Translations under genes and position numbers: made by a program
The notes under the pieces: model-generated
What the model was told of the DNA's origin: nothing
The model's database searches: none
Seen by the model: the letters and a program-made list of their open reading frames with translations, nothing else
Shown here: positions 41,380 through 51,454 of the stretch, piece after piece
How positions within the stretch are numbered: the first letter of the stretch is position 1
How the letters are laid out: each line of letters begins with the position of its first letter
Assembly (NCBI GenBank): GCA_963708295.1
Contig: CAVPSJ010000004.1
Coordinates: forward strand, 128,001-192,000
Direction: 5' to 3'
Length of the DNA stretch: 64,000 nt
Source: an uncultured delta proteobacterium
Lineage (GTDB): Bacteria; Desulfobacterota; BSN033; UBA1163

Positions 41380-41670
41380 TATATTAAACTATCTCTTCGT
41401 CTGGATTCAAATGTTTTTTCACTTTTTTCCCCCGGTTTTGCCTGCCCTCCCCCTCCCCCCGTTTCTCCTCGCACGGATTCCTTGAAAAAGACTCTGCCAT
41501 CGATCAGGGCACAGCGGGGGCGGGTTGGAGAAGCTTTCCGGCCTGCCTGCGCCAAGGCTGAGCGGCAACCGTTTAAGCGATCTCGGAAGTGAGTCTCCGT
41601 GTTCCTTACTCAGCCTTGATTCCTGATACCGAAGACGGTCACCACGACATCCGGTGATAGCCGCATTCTT

Positions 41671-41921
41671 CTATGTTGAAAGTCAAGCCTCATTCACAAT
41701 AACAGAGCCACGCCGGTATGTTTGTTGAGACAGCACCTCCCTTTAAAATCAACCTTCTATTAGCAGACATACCTTGGGGTAGCTGCAGTATCTTCTCATA
41801 TTTTAAAGATGTGGGCTCGGAGTCTAAAGGATACAGACATCATCCTTGTGATGAGCTGTAAGAATGCGGCATCCGATGCCCACATGAGCGATTTATCGGG
41901 TCGGTTCTTGTCCCCCTATCG
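41671..41921 (-). ncRNA. Candidate bridge RNA/seekRNA region of the IS110
   Basis: Contains GCCGCATTCTTA, the reverse complement of the reconstituted target TAAGAATGCGGC, and ATAGAAG matching the element end. Confidence 0.65.
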
Positions 41922-42992
41922 TCATTCAATAACACTCGTCACGTATTCCGCCTCATTCTTCAGGACATAACGGATCCGGTTCAGCAGCTTCCTGGCGATC
42001 TTAATGATGGCCTTGGTCTTGCGCATCCTTTTACAATATTCGTTAAATGCCTCCATCATCGCCGGGTCCTTACGGACAGCAATCCAGGAGGCTTCGATCA
42101 ACAACCATCTCAGGGACGAATGTTGTCGCCGGGTCATGCCTCCTACGTGTTCTTTCTCGCCACTGCTCCGAGTATCTGGAATCAATCCCACGTAACTACA
42201 CAATTGATCAATCGAACGAAAACGGGTGACCTCATACAACTCCGTCAGCACGATCATGGCCGTCAGGGTGCTAATCCCCGGGATGGTCTTCAGCAACGAA
42301 ATCCACGAACGGTACTCTTCCGTCCGGGCCAACGCCACCACCGAGCGATTCAGCTTGGCCAGGATCTGGCGCAGGTGGCCAAGTTCTTCCAAGTGAAGCT
42401 TAAGCGCCACGTCCCCGCTGGTTCGCTCCATCCGAACCTTCTCAATCCACTGGATGAATCGTCGCGACCAATGGCCCATCTCCCTTTGCTCTGGAATGGC
42501 CACCCCATAGAAAAGAAGCATCGATTTAATCTGGTTTTTGCACCGCGCCTGTTTCCGCCCCATGCTCAGCCGAGTCCGGATCAGGCTGCGGTCCTCCAAT
42601 TTCCACCTCGGAGGGGTATAGATCCCTTCGATCTCACCCCCTCGAAGTCCCCTGGCCAATTTGCGACAATCGATCCGATCCCGTTTGCTCCTTCGCTCCT
42701 TATCTCGGGTCGGTATGTCAGCCGGGTTCGCAACGATATTGTCAATCCCCTTCTCTCTCAGTTGGTCATGGATCCAGAAACCACAATAACCCGCTTCATA
42801 GACCGAATGGTATTGACCCCCTGGAAAATGACGCTGCAGGTACTGGATCAGCACTTCTGCTTCAGGCGGTTGGCTAAACGTCTTGTACTCACCGTGTTGC
42901 GTAAAAATGCTCACACTCCAGCTCTTTTTGTGTACGTCCAGACCGAGATAAATCGCTTGACCCGAAAAATTAAGTTTGCTACGCTTGTTCAT
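41922..42992 (-). CDS. IS110 family DEDD transposase/recombinase
   Basis: GLDVHK, YEAG, KRDRIDC, TIPGIS, YVGLIP..RSSG. Confidence 0.95.
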   Translation of the reverse strand: MNKRSKLNFSGQAIYLGLDVHKKSWSVSIFTQHGEYKTFSQPPEAEVLIQYLQRHFPGGQYHSVYEAGYCGFWIHDQLREKGIDNIVANPADIPTRDKERRSKRDRIDCRKLARGLRGGEIEGIYTPPRWKLEDRSLIRTRLSMGRKQARCKNQIKSMLLFYGVAIPEQREMGHWSRRFIQWIEKVRMERTSGDVALKLHLEELGHLRQILAKLNRSVVALARTEEYRSWISLLKTIPGISTLTAMIVLTELYEVTRFRSIDQLCSYVGLIPDTRSSGEKEHVGGMTRRQHSSLRWLLIEASWIAVRKDPAMMEAFNEYCKRMRKTKAIIKIARKLLNRIRYVLKNEAEYVTSVIE

Positions 42993-43406
42993 GGCAAGTC
43001 TCTCCTTTCGGTTGGATTTTGTGGCAACGAAATTATAGCCGAAACTTTGAGACTTGCCTTTCTTTTCTTATGCCTTACCAAAAGGACAGTGCCCGTTCGG
43101 GAGTCATCCACAGCCGGATACAGGGCGGAGAGATTTTAGCCCAGCGCCCCCACGTCGCGCAGGGCGGCCCGAAGGGCAAAATCTCGAAGCTCCCCCAATA
43201 TGTCGTTAACGTCCGGCAACGGTTCATCCTCATATCCTTTCAATCATAAGGTCTAAAGGTTCGGAGACTCGCCTCTTTGTGCCGGCAGCTATTCTGTCTA
43301 GGGGGAGGCAAAACCGGCGTGGGCAAGGTTTCCTGTTGTCTTGACAGGGCAAATTCATATGTGCTACCCATGAAGACAAATTTGAAACCATCAAGGGGCC
43401 CATGCA

Positions 43407-44180
43407 ATGCGGATTGCATCTATTCAGTTGAAAGTCATCGAAGAATCAAAAGATAAATCCTTGGAACATGCTTCCCAGATGGTCCGTCAATGCCGGGGTG
43501 CAAATCTCATTCTCTTGCCAGAACTCTGGAATATCGGATTTATGAGTTTTGACCGTTACAGGGAGGAGGCCGAAACCCAAGAGGGTCAGACCTTAACCCT
43601 CCTTCGCACTTTGGCCAAAGAACTCTCCTGCCATCTTTTTACCGGAAGTCTTGTCGAAAAAAGAGGGGATCAATTTTACAATTCCAGCTTTCTCTTAAAC
43701 CCTAAAGGAGAGATCCTCGGAAGTTATCAGAAGATTCATCTGTTCACCTATCAGTCCGCGGAAGCGGAGACGTTGACTCCTGGCGCATCCGTCACGGTGA
43801 TCCCCACCGAATTCGGAAGCGTTGGATTGGCCACCTGCTATGACTTAAGATTTCCAGAATTGTTCAGGAAAATGATCAATCGAGAGGCCGAATTCTTTCT
43901 GATCGCCTCTGCCTGGCCCTTTTCTCGCCTGGAACACTGGCTTCTCCTCAATCGAACGAGAGCCCTGGAGAATCTCTCCTATCTCATCTCATCGAATTGC
44001 GTTGGAATCAACCGGGGAACCCGGTTTGCCGGCCATAGCTTGATCGTCGATCCGATGGGTGAAGTTGTAACCGGAAGCAATGAGGAGGAATGCATCGTCT
44101 GGGGAGAGGTAAATCGAGAAGTCGTTTTAAGGGCTCGGGCAGAATTTCCCGCCTTGAAGGATCGAGCCTTCAAAACCTAA
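43407..44180 (+). CDS. Carbon-nitrogen hydrolase (nitrilase/omega-amidase family)
   Basis: LPELW, YQKIHLF, CYDLRFPE, RALEN. Confidence 0.93.
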   Translation: MRIASIQLKVIEESKDKSLEHASQMVRQCRGANLILLPELWNIGFMSFDRYREEAETQEGQTLTLLRTLAKELSCHLFTGSLVEKRGDQFYNSSFLLNPKGEILGSYQKIHLFTYQSAEAETLTPGASVTVIPTEFGSVGLATCYDLRFPELFRKMINREAEFFLIASAWPFSRLEHWLLLNRTRALENLSYLISSNCVGINRGTRFAGHSLIVDPMGEVVTGSNEEECIVWGEVNREVVLRARAEFPALKDRAFKT

Positions 44181-44185
44181 ATTGA

Positions 44186-44410
44186 CAGGCTGCTGAAAAA
44201 TGTTCATCTACGGCGTTATCCGGCCCCCTTCGGGGATGTGGCAACATGTCGCTCCTTATTCGTCGCGACGCCACTCTCAGGATTGCGTGCCTGAACGGTA
44301 GGTGAAAGGATTGCAGGCTCCTTGCATCTGCCTGCCTGCGCGAAGCCCCTTCGGCGACGGCAGGAGCATTTTTGAGCGGTCTCAGAAAACTACTTCTTTA
44401 GGAGGCGGTC
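44186..44410. mobile_element. MITE copy D (inverted relative to A-C; right boundary approximate)
   Basis: TGA|CAGGCTGCTGAAAAA end, reversed 37-nt module at 44238-44274, reversed core CTTGCATCTG. Confidence 0.65.
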
Positions 44411-44494
44411 AATAGGTCAGTAAATGGTGAAGTGATTAATCCATTGAGTTCTGCGCTATGCGCCATGCACGATGCTCTTTGCGCTATGCTCTTG

Positions 44495-46777
44495 TCAGCC
44501 GCAGTCTGAATAACCGCAGAAACACTTGGCACACCCCTCTTCAAAGGCAAGAGGTCCTCCACATTCAGGACATGCCCCTCTTTGAAAGACCAGGCCCGAA
44601 CTCCGTTGAGAGGACTTCCGTTCCTCTTTTTGAGATTTCGGAAGAGAGGCGCTCAATTCGGAATTGGTCTGCGGTCTTTTCTCCTTCTCTTGAAGGTGCC
44701 ATTCGATGGCCTTGCCTACAGCATCAGAGCAGGAAAGTACCTTCCCTTCCCGGTACCAGACCGGAGTATGGCAACTGATGCCTTTCAGCTGACGAATAAT
44801 GTCTTCGGGCTCAATCCCGGACCGAAAGGCCAGAGAGACGAGACGGCCGATAGCCTCGGATTGAGAGGCCACACATCCTCCTGCCTTTCCGATCTGATTA
44901 AAAATCTCAAAAAGCCTTCCTTCCTCATCTTCGTTCACCGTCACGTAAAGGTTCCCGCATCCGGTTCGGATTTTTCGGGTGGACCCATGAATCACATCCT
45001 GCCGGGCCTTCGGCTTCCTTTCCGTCTCACGAGCCTCCTCGTCACCTTCCAGTCGATCCGTGATCGGGGACACCACTCCTTTATAAAGAACTTGTTTGGT
45101 TCGACTCCTATCTCGGTAGATGGTCACTCCCTTACAGCCGAGCTCGTAGGCCAATTTATAGACTTTTCCCACATCATCCACCGTGGCATCATGGGCAAAA
45201 TTGACCGTTTTGGAAACGGCATTGTCCGTGTATCTCTGGAAAGCCGCCTGCATCCGGATATGGTCCTCAGGAGTAATATCATGGGCGGTCACAAAGAGTT
45301 TTCGGATGTTCTCCGGGACTTCCTTCACCTCCTGGATATTACCGCTGTGAGCGATCTTCCTCATCAGTTCTTCCGAATAGAATCCTTCCTGTTTCGCCAA
45401 GGCCTCAAAGTAGGGGTTGACTTCCAAAAGCTCTTTTCCTTCCAGGACATGACGGATAAAGGCCAGGGCAAAGATCGGCTCGATCCCCGACGAGGTTCCC
45501 GCAATAATCGAGATGGTCCCCGCAGGGGCAATGGTGGTGACGGTCGCATTCCTCATCGCATCCCAGCGGCCTTTCAGTACACTCCCTTCGAAATTAGGAA
45601 AGGAACCTCTTTTCAAAGCCAGCTCGCGCGAGGCCTCTCTCGCCTTTTTCTGGATAAAGGACATGACCTTTCCCCCGATCTCCAGGGCCTTCGGACTATT
45701 GTAGGGAATTCCCAACAGAACGAGAAGGTCAGCAAATCCCATCACTCCCAGACCGATCTTTCGGTTTGCCTTGGTCATCGCCTCAATCTGGGGAAGCGTA
45801 TAGCAATTCATATCGATCACATTATCCAGGAAATGAACGGCTCTTTCGGTCACGGAGCCTAGTCTTTCCCAGTCGATGGCTCCGTTCCTGACCATATGGG
45901 AAAGATTGATAGAACCCAGATTGCAAGACTCAAAAGGGAGGAGAGGTTGCTCCCCGCAGGGGTTGGTGCTCTCGATCCGTCCCACTTGAGGAGTCGGGTT
46001 GTCTTGATTCATCCTGTCGATGAAGATGATTCCCGGATCCCCATTTTTCCACGCAAAATAGATCATTTTTTCAAACACTTCACGGGCACTCTGAGGACGA
46101 ATCACTTCATTCGTTCTTGGATTTCGAAGAAAGTACTCCTGGTCATTTTCCACCGCCTCCATGAACTCATTGGTGGCAGCCACCGAGATATTGAAATTGT
46201 TGAAGTGGTGGTCGCCTTCTTTGCATTGGGTGAAATCGAGAATGTCAGGATGGTCGACACGAAGGATGCCCATATTGGCCCCTCTTCTCGTTCCTCCTTG
46301 CTTAATCGTTTCGGTGGCTGTATCAAAAACGCTCATGAACGACACGGGCCCGCTCGAAACCCCGTGCGTCGAACCTACCACGTCATTTTTTGGCCTGATC
46401 CGAGAAAAAGAAAAACCTGTTCCGCCGCCGCTTTTTTGAATGAGGGCCATCTGTTTCACCGCATCGAAAATTTCATCCATGGAATCCCCCACAGGAAGAA
46501 CAAAGCAGGCGGAGAGCTGCTGAAGCTCTCTCCCCGCGTTCATCAGCGTGGGAGAGTTGGGAAGGAAGTCCAGAGAAGCCATCAAAGAATAGAACTCCTC
46601 CTCAACCGGAGGAAGGTCGATTTCGGGATGATAGGATCGGTCCGCTTGAGCAACATTCTTTGCCACGCGCCGAAAAAGCTCCTCGGGCGTTTCTACAGCG
46701 TTTCCCTGCGGGTCCTTCTGAAGGTAACGCTTTTTCAGTACGGTCATCGCATTTTGTGTCAGTTGAACCATTTCCAT
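44495..46777 (-). CDS. nrdJ: Class II adenosylcobalamin-dependent ribonucleotide reductase with TSCPD-type C-terminus
   Basis: PNSPTLMNAG, SACFV, RRGANM, TNPCGEQ, CNLGSINL, TIAPAGT, KGVTIYRD, SCSDA, terminal Zn ribbon; GAGGAGG RBS before 46777. Confidence 0.95.
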   Translation of the reverse strand: MEMVQLTQNAMTVLKKRYLQKDPQGNAVETPEELFRRVAKNVAQADRSYHPEIDLPPVEEEFYSLMASLDFLPNSPTLMNAGRELQQLSACFVLPVGDSMDEIFDAVKQMALIQKSGGGTGFSFSRIRPKNDVVGSTHGVSSGPVSFMSVFDTATETIKQGGTRRGANMGILRVDHPDILDFTQCKEGDHHFNNFNISVAATNEFMEAVENDQEYFLRNPRTNEVIRPQSAREVFEKMIYFAWKNGDPGIIFIDRMNQDNPTPQVGRIESTNPCGEQPLLPFESCNLGSINLSHMVRNGAIDWERLGSVTERAVHFLDNVIDMNCYTLPQIEAMTKANRKIGLGVMGFADLLVLLGIPYNSPKALEIGGKVMSFIQKKAREASRELALKRGSFPNFEGSVLKGRWDAMRNATVTTIAPAGTISIIAGTSSGIEPIFALAFIRHVLEGKELLEVNPYFEALAKQEGFYSEELMRKIAHSGNIQEVKEVPENIRKLFVTAHDITPEDHIRMQAAFQRYTDNAVSKTVNFAHDATVDDVGKVYKLAYELGCKGVTIYRDRSRTKQVLYKGVVSPITDRLEGDEEARETERKPKARQDVIHGSTRKIRTGCGNLYVTVNEDEEGRLFEIFNQIGKAGGCVASQSEAIGRLVSLAFRSGIEPEDIIRQLKGISCHTPVWYREGKVLSCSDAVGKAIEWHLQEKEKRPQTNSELSASLPKSQKEERKSSQRSSGLVFQRGACPECGGPLAFEEGCAKCFCGYSDCG

Positions 46778-46790
46778 CCTCTTGCCTCCT

Positions 46791-46837
46791 CTACTAAATA
46801 TATGCGGCATTAAGAAACTTACCACAATATTTTGTGT
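46791..46837. promoter_or_regulatory. Tandem NrdR boxes
   Basis: CCACAATATTTTGTGT (46822-46837) and a weaker CTACTAAATATATGCG 31 bp away, directly upstream of nrdJ. Confidence 0.7.
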
Positions 46838-47067
46838 TGTCAAGGGAAATTTTTCAGGAAGAGATCCATGAGGCAAACGCTCTGATCCGGCAGGACTCCA
46901 ATCAGTAGGAAAGAACCAATGGGCGACTCCTTTTGATGGGTTTGCTTCCCGAAGCGCTCTTCTCGAGGCTTTTTCAGGAACCTCTGAGCCATCGGACATC
47001 ATCCCAATACATTCTTTTTCCTCATGAACTACGGGGGGTTGGGAAGGCATTTGACGTGACAACAGGG

Positions 47068-48675
47068 TCAACGTTTCTTCTCGGTCAAACCCTTTACCTT
47101 CCAGAAAAGATTTGAAAGATCGCAGAGTTTTCTTCCCCAAAAAGGGGTGGACGATTTTCTGGCGTCTGGATGGATAAAACAGAAATGGCGGCATTTGATC
47201 TTCTGAAGCACCCCCTCAAACCCCTTTTCGTCTCTTTCCTCATCAAAATAATCCGGAATCCAATATCCTAGGGAAGAGAAAGCACTCTTGTCTCCCGAAT
47301 GGTAGTGGTAAAAATCCATGAAATGATTCAGCGAGGTCTTGACGCCGAATTCCTCGGGATCAAGATGCCAGGGGGATCCCGGTTCCATCTCGATCGTAAA
47401 AGTGCGAATTCCTCTCACGTTGGGATACCGTTTTCGGATCAGCTCTTGGAGTTGAATCGTCTGCTCGACATCGGTCTCCTTTTCAAAAGGGACCCCGAGG
47501 GTGAAGAAAAGGTCACAGAAGACCCCGTTGGCTTTCAATCGATCGAGCGTCTCCAGCAGAGCTTGATTCGAGTAGGAATGCCCCTTATGAATCTTCCTCA
47601 TCTCGTCCGATCCAACGTCGGGAGAGAGGGCGATCAGTGATTTAGGTCCCGGAAACGTCTCTTTAAAGGACTTGATGAAATCGCCCGTCGGAAGCCCAAA
47701 GGATTCGAAGAAACATTCCATCTTAATTCTCTCTTCCCGGATGCGGGAAAAGAGATCGAGGAAGTACTGAGGCTTCCGGGGATAGGGATCGAAGCAAACA
47801 TGGAAGGTTTCATACCCGTAAGAAACCGCCTCTCGAATGGACTGGAGAACGCGCTCTACCCCCCGGAAGGTCACCCGCTCTCTGCCTGTAAGGGTCTCCA
47901 ACGACGAACGACCTCCGCCGCACCAGGTGCATTGAACGGGACATCCTCTTCCCACCGTAAGATGGTGGATGGGCGACTTGAGAGAATACATCCAGAAATT
48001 CTTTTTCTTGGAAACTCCCTTGACGTAGAAAGGTTGGCCGACATACCGGATGTAGGTGGGATGATTTTTCAATAGCGGGAAGTTGGTGAACGTAAGGTCA
48101 TCCAGGTCTTTCTCGGAAGCGACGTAGGAGAGGGAATTGACAAGAATTCTCCCCTTCCTTCTCCAGGTCAGGTTGGGAACGGAGAAGAGATCACTCTTCC
48201 CCTGGAGGAGCGCCTGGGTCAGCTCCAATACGGGAACCTCCGCTTCCCCGCGAATGATCCCATCGACCTCGTCGAAATTTCTCATGATCTCTTCATGAAA
48301 AAAGCTCGCGGTAAACCCTCCCAAAAGAATATAGGTATCAGGAAGGGCGGCTTTGATCTTCTTGACATATTCCATCACATCGAAGCTCTGATGGTGCCAG
48401 TGGAGGTCCATCGCAACGATCCGGGGGGCCTTCTCCCGGAGATACTCGACGATAGAGAAACGGTGATCTTCGATCCACTCCACTCCCAAGTGTACGACTT
48501 GGGTGGAAATGCCGTGGCGCTGGAGAAGGTCGGCCAGTGCGAGGAGCCCCATGGGCAGGAAGTTGATCCAGATGAAATGACTGATCGGCCGGTAGTAATT
48601 GGTCAGTTTGGGAACATGGAGAAAAATAAAATCGGGGCCACCCATGGGGGGAATTGTAAGATGCTCTCCCCTCAT
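47068..48675 (-). CDS. B12-binding domain radical SAM protein
   Basis: LPMGLLALA, LGGFTAS, RGEAE, GRGCPVQCTWC. Confidence 0.9.
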   Translation of the reverse strand: MRGEHLTIPPMGGPDFIFLHVPKLTNYYRPISHFIWINFLPMGLLALADLLQRHGISTQVVHLGVEWIEDHRFSIVEYLREKAPRIVAMDLHWHHQSFDVMEYVKKIKAALPDTYILLGGFTASFFHEEIMRNFDEVDGIIRGEAEVPVLELTQALLQGKSDLFSVPNLTWRRKGRILVNSLSYVASEKDLDDLTFTNFPLLKNHPTYIRYVGQPFYVKGVSKKKNFWMYSLKSPIHHLTVGRGCPVQCTWCGGGRSSLETLTGRERVTFRGVERVLQSIREAVSYGYETFHVCFDPYPRKPQYFLDLFSRIREERIKMECFFESFGLPTGDFIKSFKETFPGPKSLIALSPDVGSDEMRKIHKGHSYSNQALLETLDRLKANGVFCDLFFTLGVPFEKETDVEQTIQLQELIRKRYPNVRGIRTFTIEMEPGSPWHLDPEEFGVKTSLNHFMDFYHYHSGDKSAFSSLGYWIPDYFDEERDEKGFEGVLQKIKCRHFCFIHPDARKSSTPFWGRKLCDLSNLFWKVKGLTEKKR

Positions 48676-48871
48676 ATTTCAACCTCATCCCAAAAATTTG
48701 CATCAAGTGGTGGGAACGGTTTTAGGCCGTTCTTACAAAAACATGAAGCCGGGGGGAATCCCCGACTGCCGGCCCGGTCTCGAGCGAGGCGCGGCAGGCA
48801 GGAAGGGGCACAAAATAAAATGACTTTCCCGGGAAGCCCCGGCCTGTGGGCGGGAGTTTCATTTCAAATTT

Positions 48872-50384
48872 CTAACACGACGATCTGTGAATCTTCTTGA
48901 GGATGATCCTGGCGGCAATGAAACCTGAGAGACTTGCGCCCACAATGCCGTGAGAGGGTCGCGTATAGTGGCCGACTTGAAAAAGACCCGGGACGGGTGT
49001 CTGATGGGGGGGCCTTAAATTCCCAACCTGCTTCGGTGTGGAAGCGAGGCCATACATGGCACCCAATTCATTTCCGGTATATCGCTCCAGGGTCATGGGC
49101 GTGGCGGCTTCATAGAAAAGCAGATGGTTTCTCAGACCGGGGATAAGCTTTGATTCCAGCTGGTGAAGAAGTTTCTGGGAAAAATCCTCTTTGATCTGGC
49201 GATAGTTTTCCATATTCCCTCCTCCCCATTTCCCCCGGTAATGATACGGAACATTAACCAGAACACTCAAGAGGTGCTGCCCGGGAGGAGCCAGCGAAGG
49301 GTCCAGCATCGTGGGGATAGACACCATCAGAGTTGGGTTCTGGGGAATCTCACCCCTTCTCAAAATCCGATCCTCTTCCTCTAAATCGGATAAAAAACGG
49401 AGATAGGTAAAATAGGGAAGGCCCATTGCCCTGAGGTCCAAATCGGTGGCGAGGTAGAGGACGAAACAGGAAAGCGAGTATTCGAGGCGGCTCCATTTTT
49501 TCGCAAACCGTCTTCTTAATTCAACGGGAAGCATTTTGACCGAAAGATTCGGATTGATATTGGAGATGACCAGGGGGGCCAGATACCTTTCTCCCCCTTT
49601 CGTCCGCACCCCTTCCACCCTGCCGTTTCTCGTCAGAATTTGATCCGCCTCTGTTTGAAGATGAATCTCTCCGCCGGAATCGGAGAAAAGCCTTGGCCAT
49701 GGCTTCCGAAATTTTTCCCATTCCACCCTTTGGGTAAAAGACGCCTTCGATCAAGGCCTTATTAATCATGACCGCAAGGAAGAGAAAGGAAAGCCTCGAG
49801 GGAGGCTCGGTGACCGGAAGGGAATGGAGCGCCATCTTGATCTCCTCTCCCTTGAAAAGATTGTCGAGAATCGTCTTGTGACTGAAGCGATGAAACCGAA
49901 CCAGATTTCGAAAATAGAAAGGGAAGAAAATCTTCTGGAGCGTCGTTATCTTCGAATAGGATTCTATTTCCTCCCCAATTCGTTTGACCATGGAGAGGTA
50001 GGTCTTTAACCCCTCCTCCTCTTTGGGAAACAGGTCAAAGAGGGCATCGGTATAGGAATGAAACCCTCCCGGACGGAGATGGACATCAAATCCGGGATAG
50101 ATGTTTCGGACGTGGTGGACGGGAATAAATTCAATCTCCGGATGGACACCGATCTCATCCAGGATTTGATGAAACTCTCCCCCCGGGTGACATCCTCCGA
50201 CAAAGGCGCCGGTTGCGTCAAAGATGAACCCGTGCCTTTTGAAGGAGACGACATAGCCTCCCACCTGGTCCTCTTTTTCGAGGAGAAGGGTCTTTAATCC
50301 CTTCTTTGCCAGGAGAGCGGCTGCAGTCAATCCTCCCATTCCGGCTCCAATGACGATGACATCGTACGTCTTACTGTTCTCCAT
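48872..50384 (-). CDS. Phytoene desaturase-family FAD oxidoreductase (one frameshift near 49680)
   Basis: GAGMGGL, GGYVVSF.R.GF.FD.TG, YPKGGMG, DPSLAPPG, ATP.TLERYTGN..GAMYG. Confidence 0.88.
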
Positions 50385-50684
50385 CGATCTCCCTTGAAAG
50401 AGTCGAACGGGTTGGGGCGACCCAACGCAAACGGATTATAACAGAATCATCGAAGAAATGTAAAAATGAGAACAAAAGAAGGGAGAAGCCGCCTCCCGTC
50501 GAATGGGTCTGCAAATACAGTTCTTTTCTTCATAAAATACTCAGATCGCCCTATTTACTTTTTAACTGCTCGGAGCAAATAATGGGTTTAGGGCAAAAAT
50601 TATTTTTGAGACTTGTGGAGGATAGAGACAAACCAACCTCAACAATCATCCCATCCGGGCAGTAGGGTTGTGGAGGGACAGAAA

Positions 50685-51216
50685 ATGATTCAGGTTTGTT
50701 ACTACAAGGGTTGTGGGGTTATTTATGGTGAAAAAGAACCTTTCTCGGATAAGCGAGAAACACACGGCCTGTGCCCAAAACACCTCAAGGTCTCCCTCAA
50801 GGAGCTCAAGGCTGAAATGGAGAAACTGATGGTTATGCCCGGAGGGTTGAAGGTATTACTGGTCGAAGACAGCACTCTTTTTCGGCAATTCTTCAAGGAG
50901 ACGTTGCACGATCGATTTCCATCCGTCGAGATTCATGAAGCAGTTAACGGGGAAGAGGCGCTGCGAAAAATCGAGACCTTACGGCCCAACCTTGTCTTCA
51001 TGGATATTCGATTGCCGGGAGAGAATGGTCTTGAGCTGACCCGGAAAGTTAAAACTCGATATCCGGGCATCGTCGTCATCATCCTTACGGGCTTATGATT
51101 TGCCCGAATATCGACACGCATCGTCTCAATACGCTGATTACTTCTTTTCAAAAGACTCATCGACCGCGGAAAATATTTTCACATTGGTTGAATCTATTTT
51201 CCCGGCTTGTGTATAG
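50685..51216 (+). CDS. Response regulator receiver with N-terminal Cys/His motif (frameshift near 51093)
   Basis: CYYKGC...THGLCPKH, then VLLVED, MDIRLPGENGLE, IILTG/YDLPEY. Confidence 0.8.
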
Positions 51217-51454
51217 GTTGTCATCCTCTCTCTCCGCCTGAAAATAGCATACGAACCTGCCGTGCGAACTGCCAAGGACCTAACGGAAAAACCAAGAGAT
51301 TTCTAATTTCGTTGACAACAAGTCTTTAAATGGGTAGGATTTCATAATTGGGTGATGCTCCCGGAACCATCCCATCCCTCGCAAAGACAATTTGTTTAAT
51401 GCCTTCGTATTATTAGTATAAAGGCTCACACCGCTCTTGAAAGGAGGAGGATCC

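Larger units (their letters stand above)
41666..43069 (-). mobile_element. IS110-family insertion sequence (about 1.4 kb) with long downstream non-coding end
   Basis: TTCTT shared at both junctions (41666-41670, 43065-43069); intact recombinase; RBS-sequestering IR GGCAAGTCTC/GAGACTTGCC at the left end. Confidence 0.85.

Noticed and set aside
43251-43259. GTCTAAAGG match to the IS110 non-coding region (41822-41830) as an alternative left junction
   Set aside because: The 43065-43069 junction gives a shared 5-mer, a 12-nt guide match and a restored frame; the 9-mer may be chance but is not fully excluded
46840-47060. Cobalamin riboswitch upstream of nrdJ
   Set aside because: No B12-box or conserved core recognised; NrdR boxes explain the regulation
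46778-47194. N-terminal extension of the 899-aa NrdJ ORF
   Set aside because: It overlaps the upstream radical SAM gene and the NrdR boxes; a strong RBS supports the start at 46777
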